Virus record (IMG/VR): IMGVR_UViG_3300043959_000228
Source of the DNA: a virus
Taxonomy: Duplodnaviria; Caudoviricetes
DNA length: 64,000 nt
Reading direction: 5' to 3' (one strand)
Below the pieces are notes generated by a model. The model was not told the DNA's origin, made no database searches, and worked only from the letters and a program-made list of their open reading frames with translations. Shown here in pieces: positions 9,897 through 20,000 of the stretch (its first letter is position 1; the number at the start of each line of letters is the position of its first letter). Made by a program: the position numbers and the translations under genes.

Positions 9897-12800
9897 GTGA
9901 GTATCTTACAATCGTCACAGTATGTCAGACGCGCCTCCACGACACATGGAGCTGGTCGTCTTATTACGGTTAAAAAAGCCGTAGTGATGATTGTCTTATC
10001 ATTATTAGCTCTGTTCTCTGTAGGTGTATCAGCAGTTTCCATGCAAACGGCTAATGCAGCGAATCCTATAACGGATTTCTTCTGCGGTCTAAGTGGCGGA
10101 ATCGGTTTAAATACGCAATATCGAGATTTCGGTGGAGGCATTCTAGACGCCAATCAGAAAACCGATAACACTGCTAAGATGTCGATGCTAGATCTTTACG
10201 GGGATTCGCTGAATTGGACGACTTATAATGGTACGCCAAAGCCAGATAAAATACCCGGTGGCAGTGGTAACATCTTCGGTTTAGACGCTGATGTCTATCA
10301 GGCTGATCAAAATGATACGTTAGTTAAAAGTTCTGAGAAGAGCCACGCTGTTGTAAAGTGTATCACTCAGCCCTTGATTAGCATGATTGCGGGCACTATC
10401 CTTGGAACCGCTAATATGGTTTCATCGATTAGCAGTTATTTTGTGACGAAAGCCGTTGATCCTGATTTCATCTGCCAGGACGCGAATAATAGTGCGGGTG
10501 TTAGCTGCATCAATCTCTTAGCCGTCATCGGAGGAACAGGGGCCGCAGGAAGTGATGGCGGTATCATAGGCCGATTATATTCTGGATTATATCAGGGATT
10601 GATTATTCTGATATGGGCTATTGTTGGTGTATGGGTAGCCTGGACAGGATTAGCGAAGCGAAAATTAACGACAGCGCTGGGTGGCGTATTCGGCGCATTC
10701 ATCATTTTCGGAGCCGGTGTCATAGCTTTGAATAATCCGTTATTGTTAGCACAAGCGCCAATGCGTATAGGAACTACTGTGGGCGGATGTGTCGTGCAAG
10801 GCATCAATGGTGTTAACTGCATGAGTAGTAATTCCTCAGATCCCAATGGCGAACCAAGTACGAATACTGAATGTTATGTAGATGATGCGAAGAGTGTTGA
10901 TGTATCCCGATCATTAAGTCTTGTAGCTAGACAATCAACATGCTCTATTTGGAAGGCTTTCGTTCTCGAGCCGTGGTCTGTAGGCCAATTCGGTGCGTCA
11001 TACGAATCCCTGTATTATCAGCAGGGTGGCACAACCGGACAGATTTTCCAGAACAAGTATACGAAGGATGTCCTCAGTAAGAATTGGGGAGACAGTGGCT
11101 CTGACAGTTCTGCCACGTTAGGTGTATCAATGTATGCATCTGACTCTAATCCAATGAGTACTTGCTCAGCTTCGTCATCGAAGTTCACCTATAAGAATCT
11201 AGCCTTATATCAGTTGAATCTACAATCATCGCTTCATAATTGTAACGGAGCAGTAAACTCTAAGTATCATTCGACGAAACAATTGAATTATCAGAGTGGA
11301 TCTAATACCTATGCTGATTGGTATTGGATGGTTATGACGATGAACGCGACTAACGCTTCTGCCGGTAAGGGAACCGATGACATCAGTTACATGTGGAATA
11401 ATTGGACTGGTGACAATGCCTTTAGTCGTATTGGCGTAGGGTTAATCGCGCTTATTGCATCCGTTTGCGGCGCATTGATTCTGGTGTCAACATCAGTATT
11501 GGCTATCATGTACCTATTCATGAGTGTCCTTCTTATGGCCTTCGCCCCACTATTCTTCCTCATTGGTATTGTTCCTGGTCAAGGAAAGAAGATCTTCCTA
11601 GGATGGCTTGAGAAGGTTGTCTCAGCAATCTTGAAGTATTTTGCTTGTGTTCTTTGGATGATGGTTACCGTTCAATTATACGGCGCAGTTCTTGGTAATT
11701 CCTCTGGACTTGGAGGAACGCTAATTTTCGTGATCATCGTAACATTAGCCATGATGTTCTATAGGAAGGAATTCCTTGGAATGATTGGAAAGGCGAATTT
11801 CGGTGGTGTACAGTTCTCTAATAGAGTTGGAGAGGAAATCAGCAAACGGGCGAAGAAAGTCGGTCAGGTCGCTGCTCTTACAGGAGCAGGTGCTGCCGCA
11901 GGATTCGTTGCTGGTGGTGGTAATGGAGAATCGTACAAGGGTAAGAACTTTGCTGATCGTGTTAAGACATTCGGTCACAATGTTGCTGATCGTAGTGGCG
12001 CTGCTAAGAATTCTGGCGGATTCACGGCTATGCAACAATTGAAGCGTGGTAACGGCATTGTCGCCAATGGTGCTCGCTCGTATGATAAGATTATGACGAA
12101 GCGTCGAGGCGAAACTATCGCTAAGGCGAATGACGCGGCCGGAAAACTACGTAAGACCAGTGACGCCGTTCGATCTAAGAACGCTGAATTAGCTGCTGAT
12201 AGGGACACTAGAGATTTCATTAAGTCTAATCCTAATGCAACGAAGGATCAAATAGCCGCTCATCGTCAATCAGCGTTGAAGGGTTATACTGATAATCTTG
12301 AATCAGCTAAGACATCCACCGCGCAACTTGAAGCGACTAGAGCACAAGATCTCGGTGGAGCGATGATTGGCGCAAATGGACAGACAAAGCTAACAGCAGA
12401 TGGTAAGACATATACCATGACTCATCAGAGAAGAGATGACTTGTCGGATATCGCTTTGAAGGCTTATCAACAGAAAGCCACGCAACAAGCGTCCATCCTA
12501 CAGAAGGGAACGAATGGATACGATATGTCTAACGATCAAATTGGTCGTCAGTTAGGACTTGCTGGATCTGATGGATCGATGAGCACTGATAATGTTCAGG
12601 CTCTTGATGATTATCGTAAGAACTCCGAGCTTATCTCCAGTTATGATGGACGACAATTGTCGAACGAGGATCAGGCAGCCGTGAATCACGCTCGTAGGGA
12701 ATTAAGTATGAACGCCGTCACGCAGGCTCTTAATCAGCAGAATAACGCCTACATTGATCAGCAAGCATCCGCCGCAGGATATGCCGATATTCATAATATC

Positions 12801-13169
12801 AGTGACGTTAACAATGGTATATCAGCCGCTGACACGAGTATATCCGAAGCTGACACGCACTACGCTGAGGGTGTATCAGTCAATCAATCCATATCCGCAG
12901 TTGATGAACTTGATAGGCAAGCCACCATAGCTGAGAAGAATGCCTCTAGAATGAATCGTCGTAGAGATTCTGGATCAGTCCACGCGAAGGATATGAATAA
13001 CATTAACGCGTCATACGATCTTGCTAATAACATCGCGGATTATGGTGGCGGTGGAGCTAGCTTTGATGATCAGGTTATTGTTGATGAAATGGCCAATATT
13101 CGTCAGGGCGGTGGACCAGGGTTCAATAATCGTATAGATCAACATCGATATAATAGGAACAAACCGTAA
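9897..13169 (+). CDS. Large VirB6/TrbL-like conjugative membrane protein, paralog 1
   Basis: Signal/TM, an extracellular Cys-containing region, two multi-TM blocks ('MAFAPLFFLIGIVPGQGKKIFLGW') and a long cytoplasmic tail. Shares motifs with 17076 and 23953. GTG 9897 follows AGGAAGG. Confidence 0.65.
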   Translation: MSILQSSQYVRRASTTHGAGRLITVKKAVVMIVLSLLALFSVGVSAVSMQTANAANPITDFFCGLSGGIGLNTQYRDFGGGILDANQKTDNTAKMSMLDLYGDSLNWTTYNGTPKPDKIPGGSGNIFGLDADVYQADQNDTLVKSSEKSHAVVKCITQPLISMIAGTILGTANMVSSISSYFVTKAVDPDFICQDANNSAGVSCINLLAVIGGTGAAGSDGGIIGRLYSGLYQGLIILIWAIVGVWVAWTGLAKRKLTTALGGVFGAFIIFGAGVIALNNPLLLAQAPMRIGTTVGGCVVQGINGVNCMSSNSSDPNGEPSTNTECYVDDAKSVDVSRSLSLVARQSTCSIWKAFVLEPWSVGQFGASYESLYYQQGGTTGQIFQNKYTKDVLSKNWGDSGSDSSATLGVSMYASDSNPMSTCSASSSKFTYKNLALYQLNLQSSLHNCNGAVNSKYHSTKQLNYQSGSNTYADWYWMVMTMNATNASAGKGTDDISYMWNNWTGDNAFSRIGVGLIALIASVCGALILVSTSVLAIMYLFMSVLLMAFAPLFFLIGIVPGQGKKIFLGWLEKVVSAILKYFACVLWMMVTVQLYGAVLGNSSGLGGTLIFVIIVTLAMMFYRKEFLGMIGKANFGGVQFSNRVGEEISKRAKKVGQVAALTGAGAAAGFVAGGGNGESYKGKNFADRVKTFGHNVADRSGAAKNSGGFTAMQQLKRGNGIVANGARSYDKIMTKRRGETIAKANDAAGKLRKTSDAVRSKNAELAADRDTRDFIKSNPNATKDQIAAHRQSALKGYTDNLESAKTSTAQLEATRAQDLGGAMIGANGQTKLTADGKTYTMTHQRRDDLSDIALKAYQQKATQQASILQKGTNGYDMSNDQIGRQLGLAGSDGSMSTDNVQALDDYRKNSELISSYDGRQLSNEDQAAVNHARRELSMNAVTQALNQQNNAYIDQQASAAGYADIHNISDVNNGISAADTSISEADTHYAEGVSVNQSISAVDELDRQATIAEKNASRMNRRRDSGSVHAKDMNNINASYDLANNIADYGGGGASFDDQVIVDEMANIRQGGGPGFNNRIDQHRYNRNKP

Positions 13170-13225
13170 GGTGCATGATCTGATATCTTAACGATAGATC
13201 AGGAGTATCTAGGAGGATTATCCGT

Positions 13226-13894
13226 ATGCAGAGCGTCAAACGTTTAGATTGCGGCGTGGAGGTCGTGAAAATGACCACGCCAGAGTTCTACGCGTGTATG
13301 AATTATGCTCTTGTCAATGGCAGGACGTATCCTATGGCTATCCTTGGACTTGATACGGATCAAGTTGATGAACATGCCGTCAGCGGATATAACTCTTTAA
13401 TCGCTGACGGAGCCTTTAGAATTGACACTGATGGATATCCTGAATTGATGGACGCCATTCCTACCATATCAAGTCTTGTCATTAGTCTCGATGAGATGAC
13501 CTATCTCACCACCGTTAAAGCTACTGTTAGTAAAAGCAGAATGCAATTCTATTGGCTTCACGGTGAACATACTTGGTCTCTCATGTGGAAGACAAAAACC
13601 GATTGGTATGTCTGCTCAGCATCTAGCGAATACCGACCATCAACGGTCTTTATGGAATTAGTTAAAGTCGTCATGAAGAATTTAGGACACACGTCCATCG
13701 GTTTTCATTTCGTCTGGTGGACGATGAATGGTAACCAATTAATGTCAACAATCATGAGATCTAAACACGATACGATTTTTATCGAACGTCGACCAGAGAA
13801 TCCTATTCTTTCGTCGATGATTGACCGTTGGCCTAATCGTATGAGCGTATCACAGTTCGCGGAGAGAGCTGGTGCACTGCTAGAGGTGATGTGA
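13226..13894 (+). CDS. Hypothetical protein
   Basis: 222-aa ORF with a strong AGGAGG RBS, within the transfer cluster. Confidence 0.7.
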   Translation: MQSVKRLDCGVEVVKMTTPEFYACMNYALVNGRTYPMAILGLDTDQVDEHAVSGYNSLIADGAFRIDTDGYPELMDAIPTISSLVISLDEMTYLTTVKATVSKSRMQFYWLHGEHTWSLMWKTKTDWYVCSASSEYRPSTVFMELVKVVMKNLGHTSIGFHFVWWTMNGNQLMSTIMRSKHDTIFIERRPENPILSSMIDRWPNRMSVSQFAERAGALLEVM

Positions 13895-13895
13895 T

Positions 13896-15491
13896 ATGTC
13901 TGACGATCAACAATCACCACATACGTCTAATCCATCATCAAACAGTCATCAGTCAGTACCTCAACATTCTCCAGTCACCGATCCATCTGAATCAAGGGTT
14001 CCATCTGCACAACCAGCAGGTACCAGTACAAGCCCAATGAGCTTCGCTAACAGAATGATTAAGAAAGGTGTTGATGGCGTTCGTAATAAGGCTGTCAATA
14101 CTGCTGATCATGTACTTAATGGCGCAACGAAAGTAGCCGCTAAGACTGTTGACATTGCTAAGACCGTAGCTAATAGAACAAAACAGATCGTTGGATCAAC
14201 AATCAAGTTTATAAAAGCTGTGTTCTTCCCACCAGGATTATGGATTACAGCTACGGCCGTAGGTATTATCATATGCCTGTTGAGTTTGATAACGATTGTA
14301 CAGACATTCGGACCATCAGATATGGATTGCTCTAAGGTAGATCAACAATCGAAGGATATCGAATCTAATGGTGGGGCGTCAAGTTCTAGTGGCGCATCAT
14401 GGGAGCAACAAGGAACAGACTCTTATAACAACGCTAAGAAGACGTGGGATTATTGGGTGGCCAAGGGGTTCTCTGGGGCTGCTGTAGCCGGTATTATCGG
14501 CAATGTGGCTACAGAAAGCGGAAACACGTTCAATCCACAGATCGTACAGGGAGGATCAACATCACCAGATCCAGCATCAACGTCAGCCGGATACGGTATT
14601 TATCAGTTCACTCCTGGCAGTAAATATAAGAATTGGAAGGGATACACATCGTCTACTATTGAGAACGAGAGTGACGCTGTGTGGGATATGGAGGTCAAGG
14701 CTTGGTCAGCTAACGCTTTTGCGCAATTGACAGATGTAGCGGCTGCTACAAAATACTGGATGAGGACATATGAGCGTCCAGCTGATCAGTCTGATGCGGC
14801 CGCCCAACCTCGTATTGACCACGCTAATACGGCCTATCAGCTTTTTAATGGCAGTAGCGTACAGTTTGACTCATCAAAATTCGGCGGTTCGGGATCGTCA
14901 TCATCTGATAGCGGATCTGATGGTGATAGTGCTCAAGCTAATACGACGAAATGTGATGAGAAGGACGCCACTGATAATAATGTTCAGGGCGGAACCACCG
15001 ATGTGAAAGCCTGCGATGTAGGATACTGTGATTTTAGTTGGATGTGCAATGCTATCAAATTATGCGCATCTGGTCAGGCTGGATCAGGCATCTATCCTCA
15101 TCTTGAATATGGCTATCAATGCGTCTTCTATGCTTGGAATAGACTAAGTATGATTCATGGTTCGTCTGGCTGGAATTGGGTCATGGGTGATGGTGGAGAT
15201 ATTTGGGCCAATCTCTCCGGAAACTCAGCATGGGAGGTTGACACCACGCCACATCCAGGTGATGGCATATCTGGTCATGGTCATCCTTTCGCTGGTTCAA
15301 CCCACGTCGCTGTCGTCGAGAAAGTAGCAGCCGACCCCAGTGGATGGAAGATTTATATTTCTGAGGGCAACGCTAATGGTACAGCGTCATGGAATAGTTA
15401 TCATACTCGATGGTTAACAAAGACACAGGCTTTAACATCTGATAATCATTTCTTTAGAAACAAGTCTTGGAAGCCAATCAGCGGTTCATGA
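13896..15491 (+). CDS. Conjugation cell-wall hydrolase (phage-tail-lysozyme domain + CHAP domain), VirB1-like
   Basis: TM, then 'GFSGAAVAGIIGNVATESG...GYGIYQFT...YERP' (Phage_lysozyme2) and 'GYQCVFYA...PHPGD...HVAVVE...ISEGN' (CHAP Cys/His/Glu). Confidence 0.88.
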   Translation: MSDDQQSPHTSNPSSNSHQSVPQHSPVTDPSESRVPSAQPAGTSTSPMSFANRMIKKGVDGVRNKAVNTADHVLNGATKVAAKTVDIAKTVANRTKQIVGSTIKFIKAVFFPPGLWITATAVGIIICLLSLITIVQTFGPSDMDCSKVDQQSKDIESNGGASSSSGASWEQQGTDSYNNAKKTWDYWVAKGFSGAAVAGIIGNVATESGNTFNPQIVQGGSTSPDPASTSAGYGIYQFTPGSKYKNWKGYTSSTIENESDAVWDMEVKAWSANAFAQLTDVAAATKYWMRTYERPADQSDAAAQPRIDHANTAYQLFNGSSVQFDSSKFGGSGSSSSDSGSDGDSAQANTTKCDEKDATDNNVQGGTTDVKACDVGYCDFSWMCNAIKLCASGQAGSGIYPHLEYGYQCVFYAWNRLSMIHGSSGWNWVMGDGGDIWANLSGNSAWEVDTTPHPGDGISGHGHPFAGSTHVAVVEKVAADPSGWKIYISEGNANGTASWNSYHTRWLTKTQALTSDNHFFRNKSWKPISGS

Positions 15492-15504
15492 AGCTAATCT
15501 ACCT

Positions 15505-15523
15505 TGGTATAATAAACTTCATG
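15505..15523 (+). promoter_or_regulatory. Class A promoter example: extended -10 TGGTATAAT-N7-ATG (leaderless)
   Basis: The same geometry occurs at 28299, 32647, 46752, 48132, 54770, 59542 and 1630, and with N8 at rarA (40354-40359, minus strand). Confidence 0.8.
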
Positions 15524-15967
15524 GGTAATAAAGCTAAAAGATTCAAATGGGTGACCATCAAATATCGTAATGGTGAATTAATTCCTGATGACATACCATC
15601 GAAGATCTCCGCCTATTGCGCGCAATGGGGAGCACCATCAGACTTCGTCATTGATAATGCCGTCATGAAGAACATCGAGAGAACGATGCACGAACAAATC
15701 GCTGGAAGAGGATCATATGATTGGAATTCAAGAATAGATCTTGCGAATGATGTGGTTCAATTACCACTTATTGGATTTGATGATCTTGATAAAACACAGC
15801 GATTCGTTCTTGACAAGCAGGGCTTGCTTTTAGCTTCAGACGATGACCAGGACGTATCTATGACATATCATGAGCTACGTGAAGAAATCAAACGCAAGAT
15901 CCTTGATTGGGCTGATATCTCCCTCTTGTATTCAGTAGGAGGCGTGGTTGACGCCATAGCGTTATAG
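15521..15967 (+). CDS. Hypothetical protein
   Basis: ATG 15521 lies 7 nt after TGGTATAAT (leaderless) and is in frame with the listed ORF. Confidence 0.65.
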   Translation: MGNKAKRFKWVTIKYRNGELIPDDIPSKISAYCAQWGAPSDFVIDNAVMKNIERTMHEQIAGRGSYDWNSRIDLANDVVQLPLIGFDDLDKTQRFVLDKQGLLLASDDDQDVSMTYHELREEIKRKILDWADISLLYSVGGVVDAIAL

Positions 15968-15978
15968 GGGGATCAACC

Positions 15979-16281
15979 GTGAATGATAATGAGGACATCG
16001 TCAAAGAGATAGCTAATAGAACCGGATTACCTAAAACCTTGATTAGAGTGGTTTTACTAGCTTTCACCGATGTCGCCAATGAGACTCTCGCAGAGCGTGG
16101 AAATTTCCGTATTCCAAACATTTTAACTATTAAAACGAGGACACTGCCAGAGCGTAAGGCGAGGGATCCACAGACAGGTTCACTTAGGATGTATCCAAGG
16201 GTCGACACGTTAACAGCTAAGTTTTCATCGCGTTTTCTGAAACATTTTAAGAACAGCCATCGTGGAGGCAGTCATGAATAA
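15979..16281 (+). CDS. HU/IHF-like DNA-binding protein
   Basis: 'IVKEIANRTGLPK' and arm 'RKARDPQTG' in a 100-aa basic protein. Confidence 0.85.
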   Translation: MNDNEDIVKEIANRTGLPKTLIRVVLLAFTDVANETLAERGNFRIPNILTIKTRTLPERKARDPQTGSLRMYPRVDTLTAKFSSRFLKHFKNSHRGGSHE

Positions 16282-16843
16282 ACGTAAAACGAGAGAGCTC
16301 ACGTTTGACAAAGTCCCCTCAGATGTGAAACGAATAGCTGATGAATCAATGGGTCGTAATGCCCTTAAATCGTTATGGTCATCTGTCGTTGATAATAGTC
16401 CCGACGGCCACCCTAAATTCTATCTACTCCTACGAGTCGTTGATGGGATACCAGTAGGATTTGCCTTATTCCACTACGCCATCATCTCAACGCGCCAATT
16501 TGATTATACGATAGGCGTTATTGACGCCGTTTGCGTATCAGCACCATATCGGTCATCTGGTTATGGCGCTATGCTGACATTCAATGTTCTCAGAAGAATG
16601 AGTCTTCATGGAGTGAACAGAATAGAATTAGTCCTGAAGGCTAGTGGCGTTGATGATGACGAACTACCAGCTGAGCCGATTCTAGGATCAGAACGCTTCC
16701 TATATGATCTAGGCTTCAAGAAAATAGCCTATCTGAAAGAGTATTGGCGTGAGGACAGTCTGAATTGCTCCTATGACTGCCCTATCTGTCATGATCGTCC
16801 GGATCGTTGTACTGGCATGCTACTAGCTATTAATGAATATTAG
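16274..16843 (+). CDS. GNAT-family acetyltransferase with C-terminal Cys cluster
   Basis: Acetyl-CoA motif 'VCVSAPYRSSGYG', 'FLYDLGF' and 'CPICHDRPDRC'. Confidence 0.8.
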   Translation: MNKRKTRELTFDKVPSDVKRIADESMGRNALKSLWSSVVDNSPDGHPKFYLLLRVVDGIPVGFALFHYAIISTRQFDYTIGVIDAVCVSAPYRSSGYGAMLTFNVLRRMSLHGVNRIELVLKASGVDDDELPAEPILGSERFLYDLGFKKIAYLKEYWREDSLNCSYDCPICHDRPDRCTGMLLAINEY

Positions 16844-16854
16844 ACGATATTGCA

Positions 16855-16956
16855 TCTAAGCGCATTAGAAGGGGTTCTAACAGCCGTAATTTCGATAGGT
16901 AAAATTATACCTACTCGTGCTTTGCGGCCGTTAGAGGCTTATTAGAACGCCTTAGA
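16855..16956. other. ~100-bp imperfect palindrome (ssDNA hairpin, sso/ssi-like)
   Basis: Nested arms: TCTAAG/CTTAGA, TTCTAACAGCCGTAA/TTGCGGCCGTTAGAG and CGATAGGTA/TACCTACTCG. Confidence 0.6.
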
Positions 16957-17075
16957 CGGTTGTTATAGACATGTTGGTGGCGTTATATACGAGTAAACGA
17001 TCATTAATCGGGACATATCATCATCTTATTGATATCTACACTATATAACGATGTCAACAATAAGAGGTAGATACC

Positions 17076-20000
17076 ATGATGCAGGATAATATGACCTACT
17101 CGCGTAAGGCCGTCATGTTATCATCGTATCCTCATCACGATTGGAAGCGTCCATTATCGTTCTCAGTGGCCGTCATCATACTCATCGCCTTATCATGCAG
17201 TTACATCTTCATGTCAGCGTCTAATGTTACGACGAATAATACTAGCTTTACCAGTGGATTAGATCTTAGTGGATCAGCATCAAGTCTTAAAAGTGCTCTA
17301 TCTGGTTTAGGACTAGAAGATACATCGAAGGCGTATGCAGCGTTAGCTTCAGATTGTAAGGATTCCGCCTCATCTGATGACGCTGAATCAAAATCAAATG
17401 GCTGCGTTGACTCCATGTTAAATACCAAAGTCGACAAGTCTGATGACAATGATGCAGTTATCGCTAAGGATAAGAACGGGAACTCGTGTCCAACCGTCGA
17501 ATACACCGTTGACGCTAGCGGATCGTGTGTCATGAATAATGATCTAAACACAACTGGCACGATTAAATCAAATCCTGGCGGTTTCATCCAGAAATCGATG
17601 AAGGATTCAGACACATATCAGTCATCAACACCGAGTCTGATGGATATCCTGTCCATGGTTGTTAATAGAGTGGTTCTACCCGGATATTACATTAATTCAG
17701 ATTTTCAGAATTATACTGGTGAGGGTAATAAGGTAGCTCCATATTCTGGCTCAAAGGGTACTCCGGCGGACATTGGCAAAGCCGCTGATGAACGAACATC
17801 TGTCAGCAAGGATTCATCAGATTCTACCGCCCATATGTATGCGTGGCGAGATATGGAATGTAAGACAGGTCTTACTGACGTGTTAACCGGTAAGACAGGA
17901 ACACCAACGTTGAATACGAGTAATTGCGATATTCCTAATATCAGCACTGAGGCCGTTCAGAGCTTAGCGTCATTAGTCACCAGCACTGGTCTACAGAACG
18001 CGCAGAAGAATAGCGCTAAGACACCATTCGGTCTTGGATATTCCTCTGATTTACTACCAACATCAGACGTACCAATCTCAGCAAGTCAACGAACAGACAA
18101 GTATACGGCATTAGAATTATTCGGTTATAATCTTAATTGGACATCGTATGCCGGTGAATTTGATCGAATCAACGTTATGTCTAGTGTAAGATTCTCAGCA
18201 AACATGAGTCTAGGCAACGCGCTGAAAGTCGCGGGCAACGCGCTGTCAGCTTTTGGCGAAGGATATTCATCAGATGCCGCATCTGATTGGGGCAAGTTCA
18301 CTGACTCTAATAATGATTGGTGGTCTAGAGCAAGTGGATTCTTCGGTTTCATCAATCCTGTAAAGCATTTAGCTGCGGGATTCTCAGCAGCTGGATACAG
18401 CCTTCTATCAGACATGTTATACTCAGTCGAATCGAGTTCTACGGAGACTGGAAGTTGGTATCGACCAGATTTCGTATCACAGACAGTCTATGGCGTTCGT
18501 GAGTTGACCTCTATCGAGCAGACTGCTCTAACGGCCTTTAAGACTAAAGCGGGCATGTGGAGTGAGATATCGAAGCATACCCTAGATCAATTAGATTTTA
18601 ATGCGTATTATGCGGCCCATGCTGTTCCAGCTGAGCCAACGTCAAAGGCCGTCACGCCCGATTCATGTGATGATAAGGACAAAGAGGACAAGAAAGATGA
18701 TAAGGGCAATGTTATTAAGGACGCTGATGGTAATACTGAAAGACAATGTAAGAAGGTACAGCAAGTAGAATCATGGTCTGATTATAAGAAGTCACAAGAT
18801 GTAGACAGTAAGGCCTCTGCTATAGGATTAGACGCTAGTAAATACGATGCTATGAATGGCGACGCTACCGTCAAGTATAAGGCCATGGCCTCTGATTGGC
18901 CTGCAGCCATGAAAGCGGCGGCACAGGCGGAGAACGAGAAGACGAAGCAAACGTCCTATAATAATCAGATCGATGGTATTATCGGTGACTCCATCAACAC
19001 TTATGGTGTGGTGAAGGATATGAATAATATCGGTAAATGGTATTGTGTAGACGGATCCGGTAATCCAGAGGGTAAATCGACAAATCAATTCGTCCAATTA
19101 GCCGTCCAACAGGGTATGATGTCTGATCCTGGTAAGGAGGCTTTTAACGCCCAAGGAGAATGGCAGTGCTCATCCAATCAGCCTAGGCCAACCATCATCG
19201 GTGGATTATACGGATCAGCTCATAAGGGTAATGATGACGCCTATAAGGATACTCGACGACAGGCCTATCAGGGCGTGAACATCTTCAACATTCTCGTCGG
19301 TAACAATGTTGACAAGCTTGGTAGCACTATGCTTAGTGTCAGCCAGAATGTCATCATGGTATTGAACACGCTCGTCGGTTGGAGTTTCACACCAATCCTC
19401 GATAAGATAGGATTCACTGATCTGGCTAAGAAGATGATTAAAGAATTGCGAGAGAGTGTGTACATGCAATTCATCGTCATCTTTATTGGCATTGCCGGTC
19501 TTATGGTCATCCTCAAATTGGTCAAGGGTCAACCAGTACAAAGCTTCCAGCAATTAGGATTAATTATCCTATCCGTGTTCCTAGGATTCATGTTGCTCTT
19601 TAACACGGCCATTATGTTTAAGGTTGTCGACGATGTGCCAACGGCCGTGGAGAGAGCAGCCATAGGAACGATATTCAGTAGTAGCGGCGAGGATAAGATC
19701 TGCTCAGCCACTGGTAAGCCTGCGGGAACGTTAAGTGCAGGAGTCTTTGAGGATCTATTCGGTAAGAACACTGGGTATAACCCTGATGCTCAAGTACGAG
19801 TACTGCAATGTCGTATTTGGGAGACATTCGTACTGACGCCATGGTCATATGGACAATTCGGATCGTCTATTAATCAGTTATATGCGACGGGATACTCTAC
19901 ATCAGAAGGCGTAGGAAATTCATCAGGGGAGTTCTCCGTCAGTCAATCAACGTCAGATCTTGTTGGCAACGCTGCCGTTGATATGGGCGCTAACACCACG

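Noticed and set aside
13226-13894. EspG/type VII secretion chaperone-like protein
   Set aside because: The resemblance is faint and no WXG100 or intact EccC/EssC gene is in the window.
13896-15491. Phage tail gene implying a prophage or jumbo phage
   Set aside because: The lysozyme domain is fused to a TM and a CHAP domain and sits among VirB6-like genes, which is the usual conjugative hydrolase layout. No virion genes were seen.
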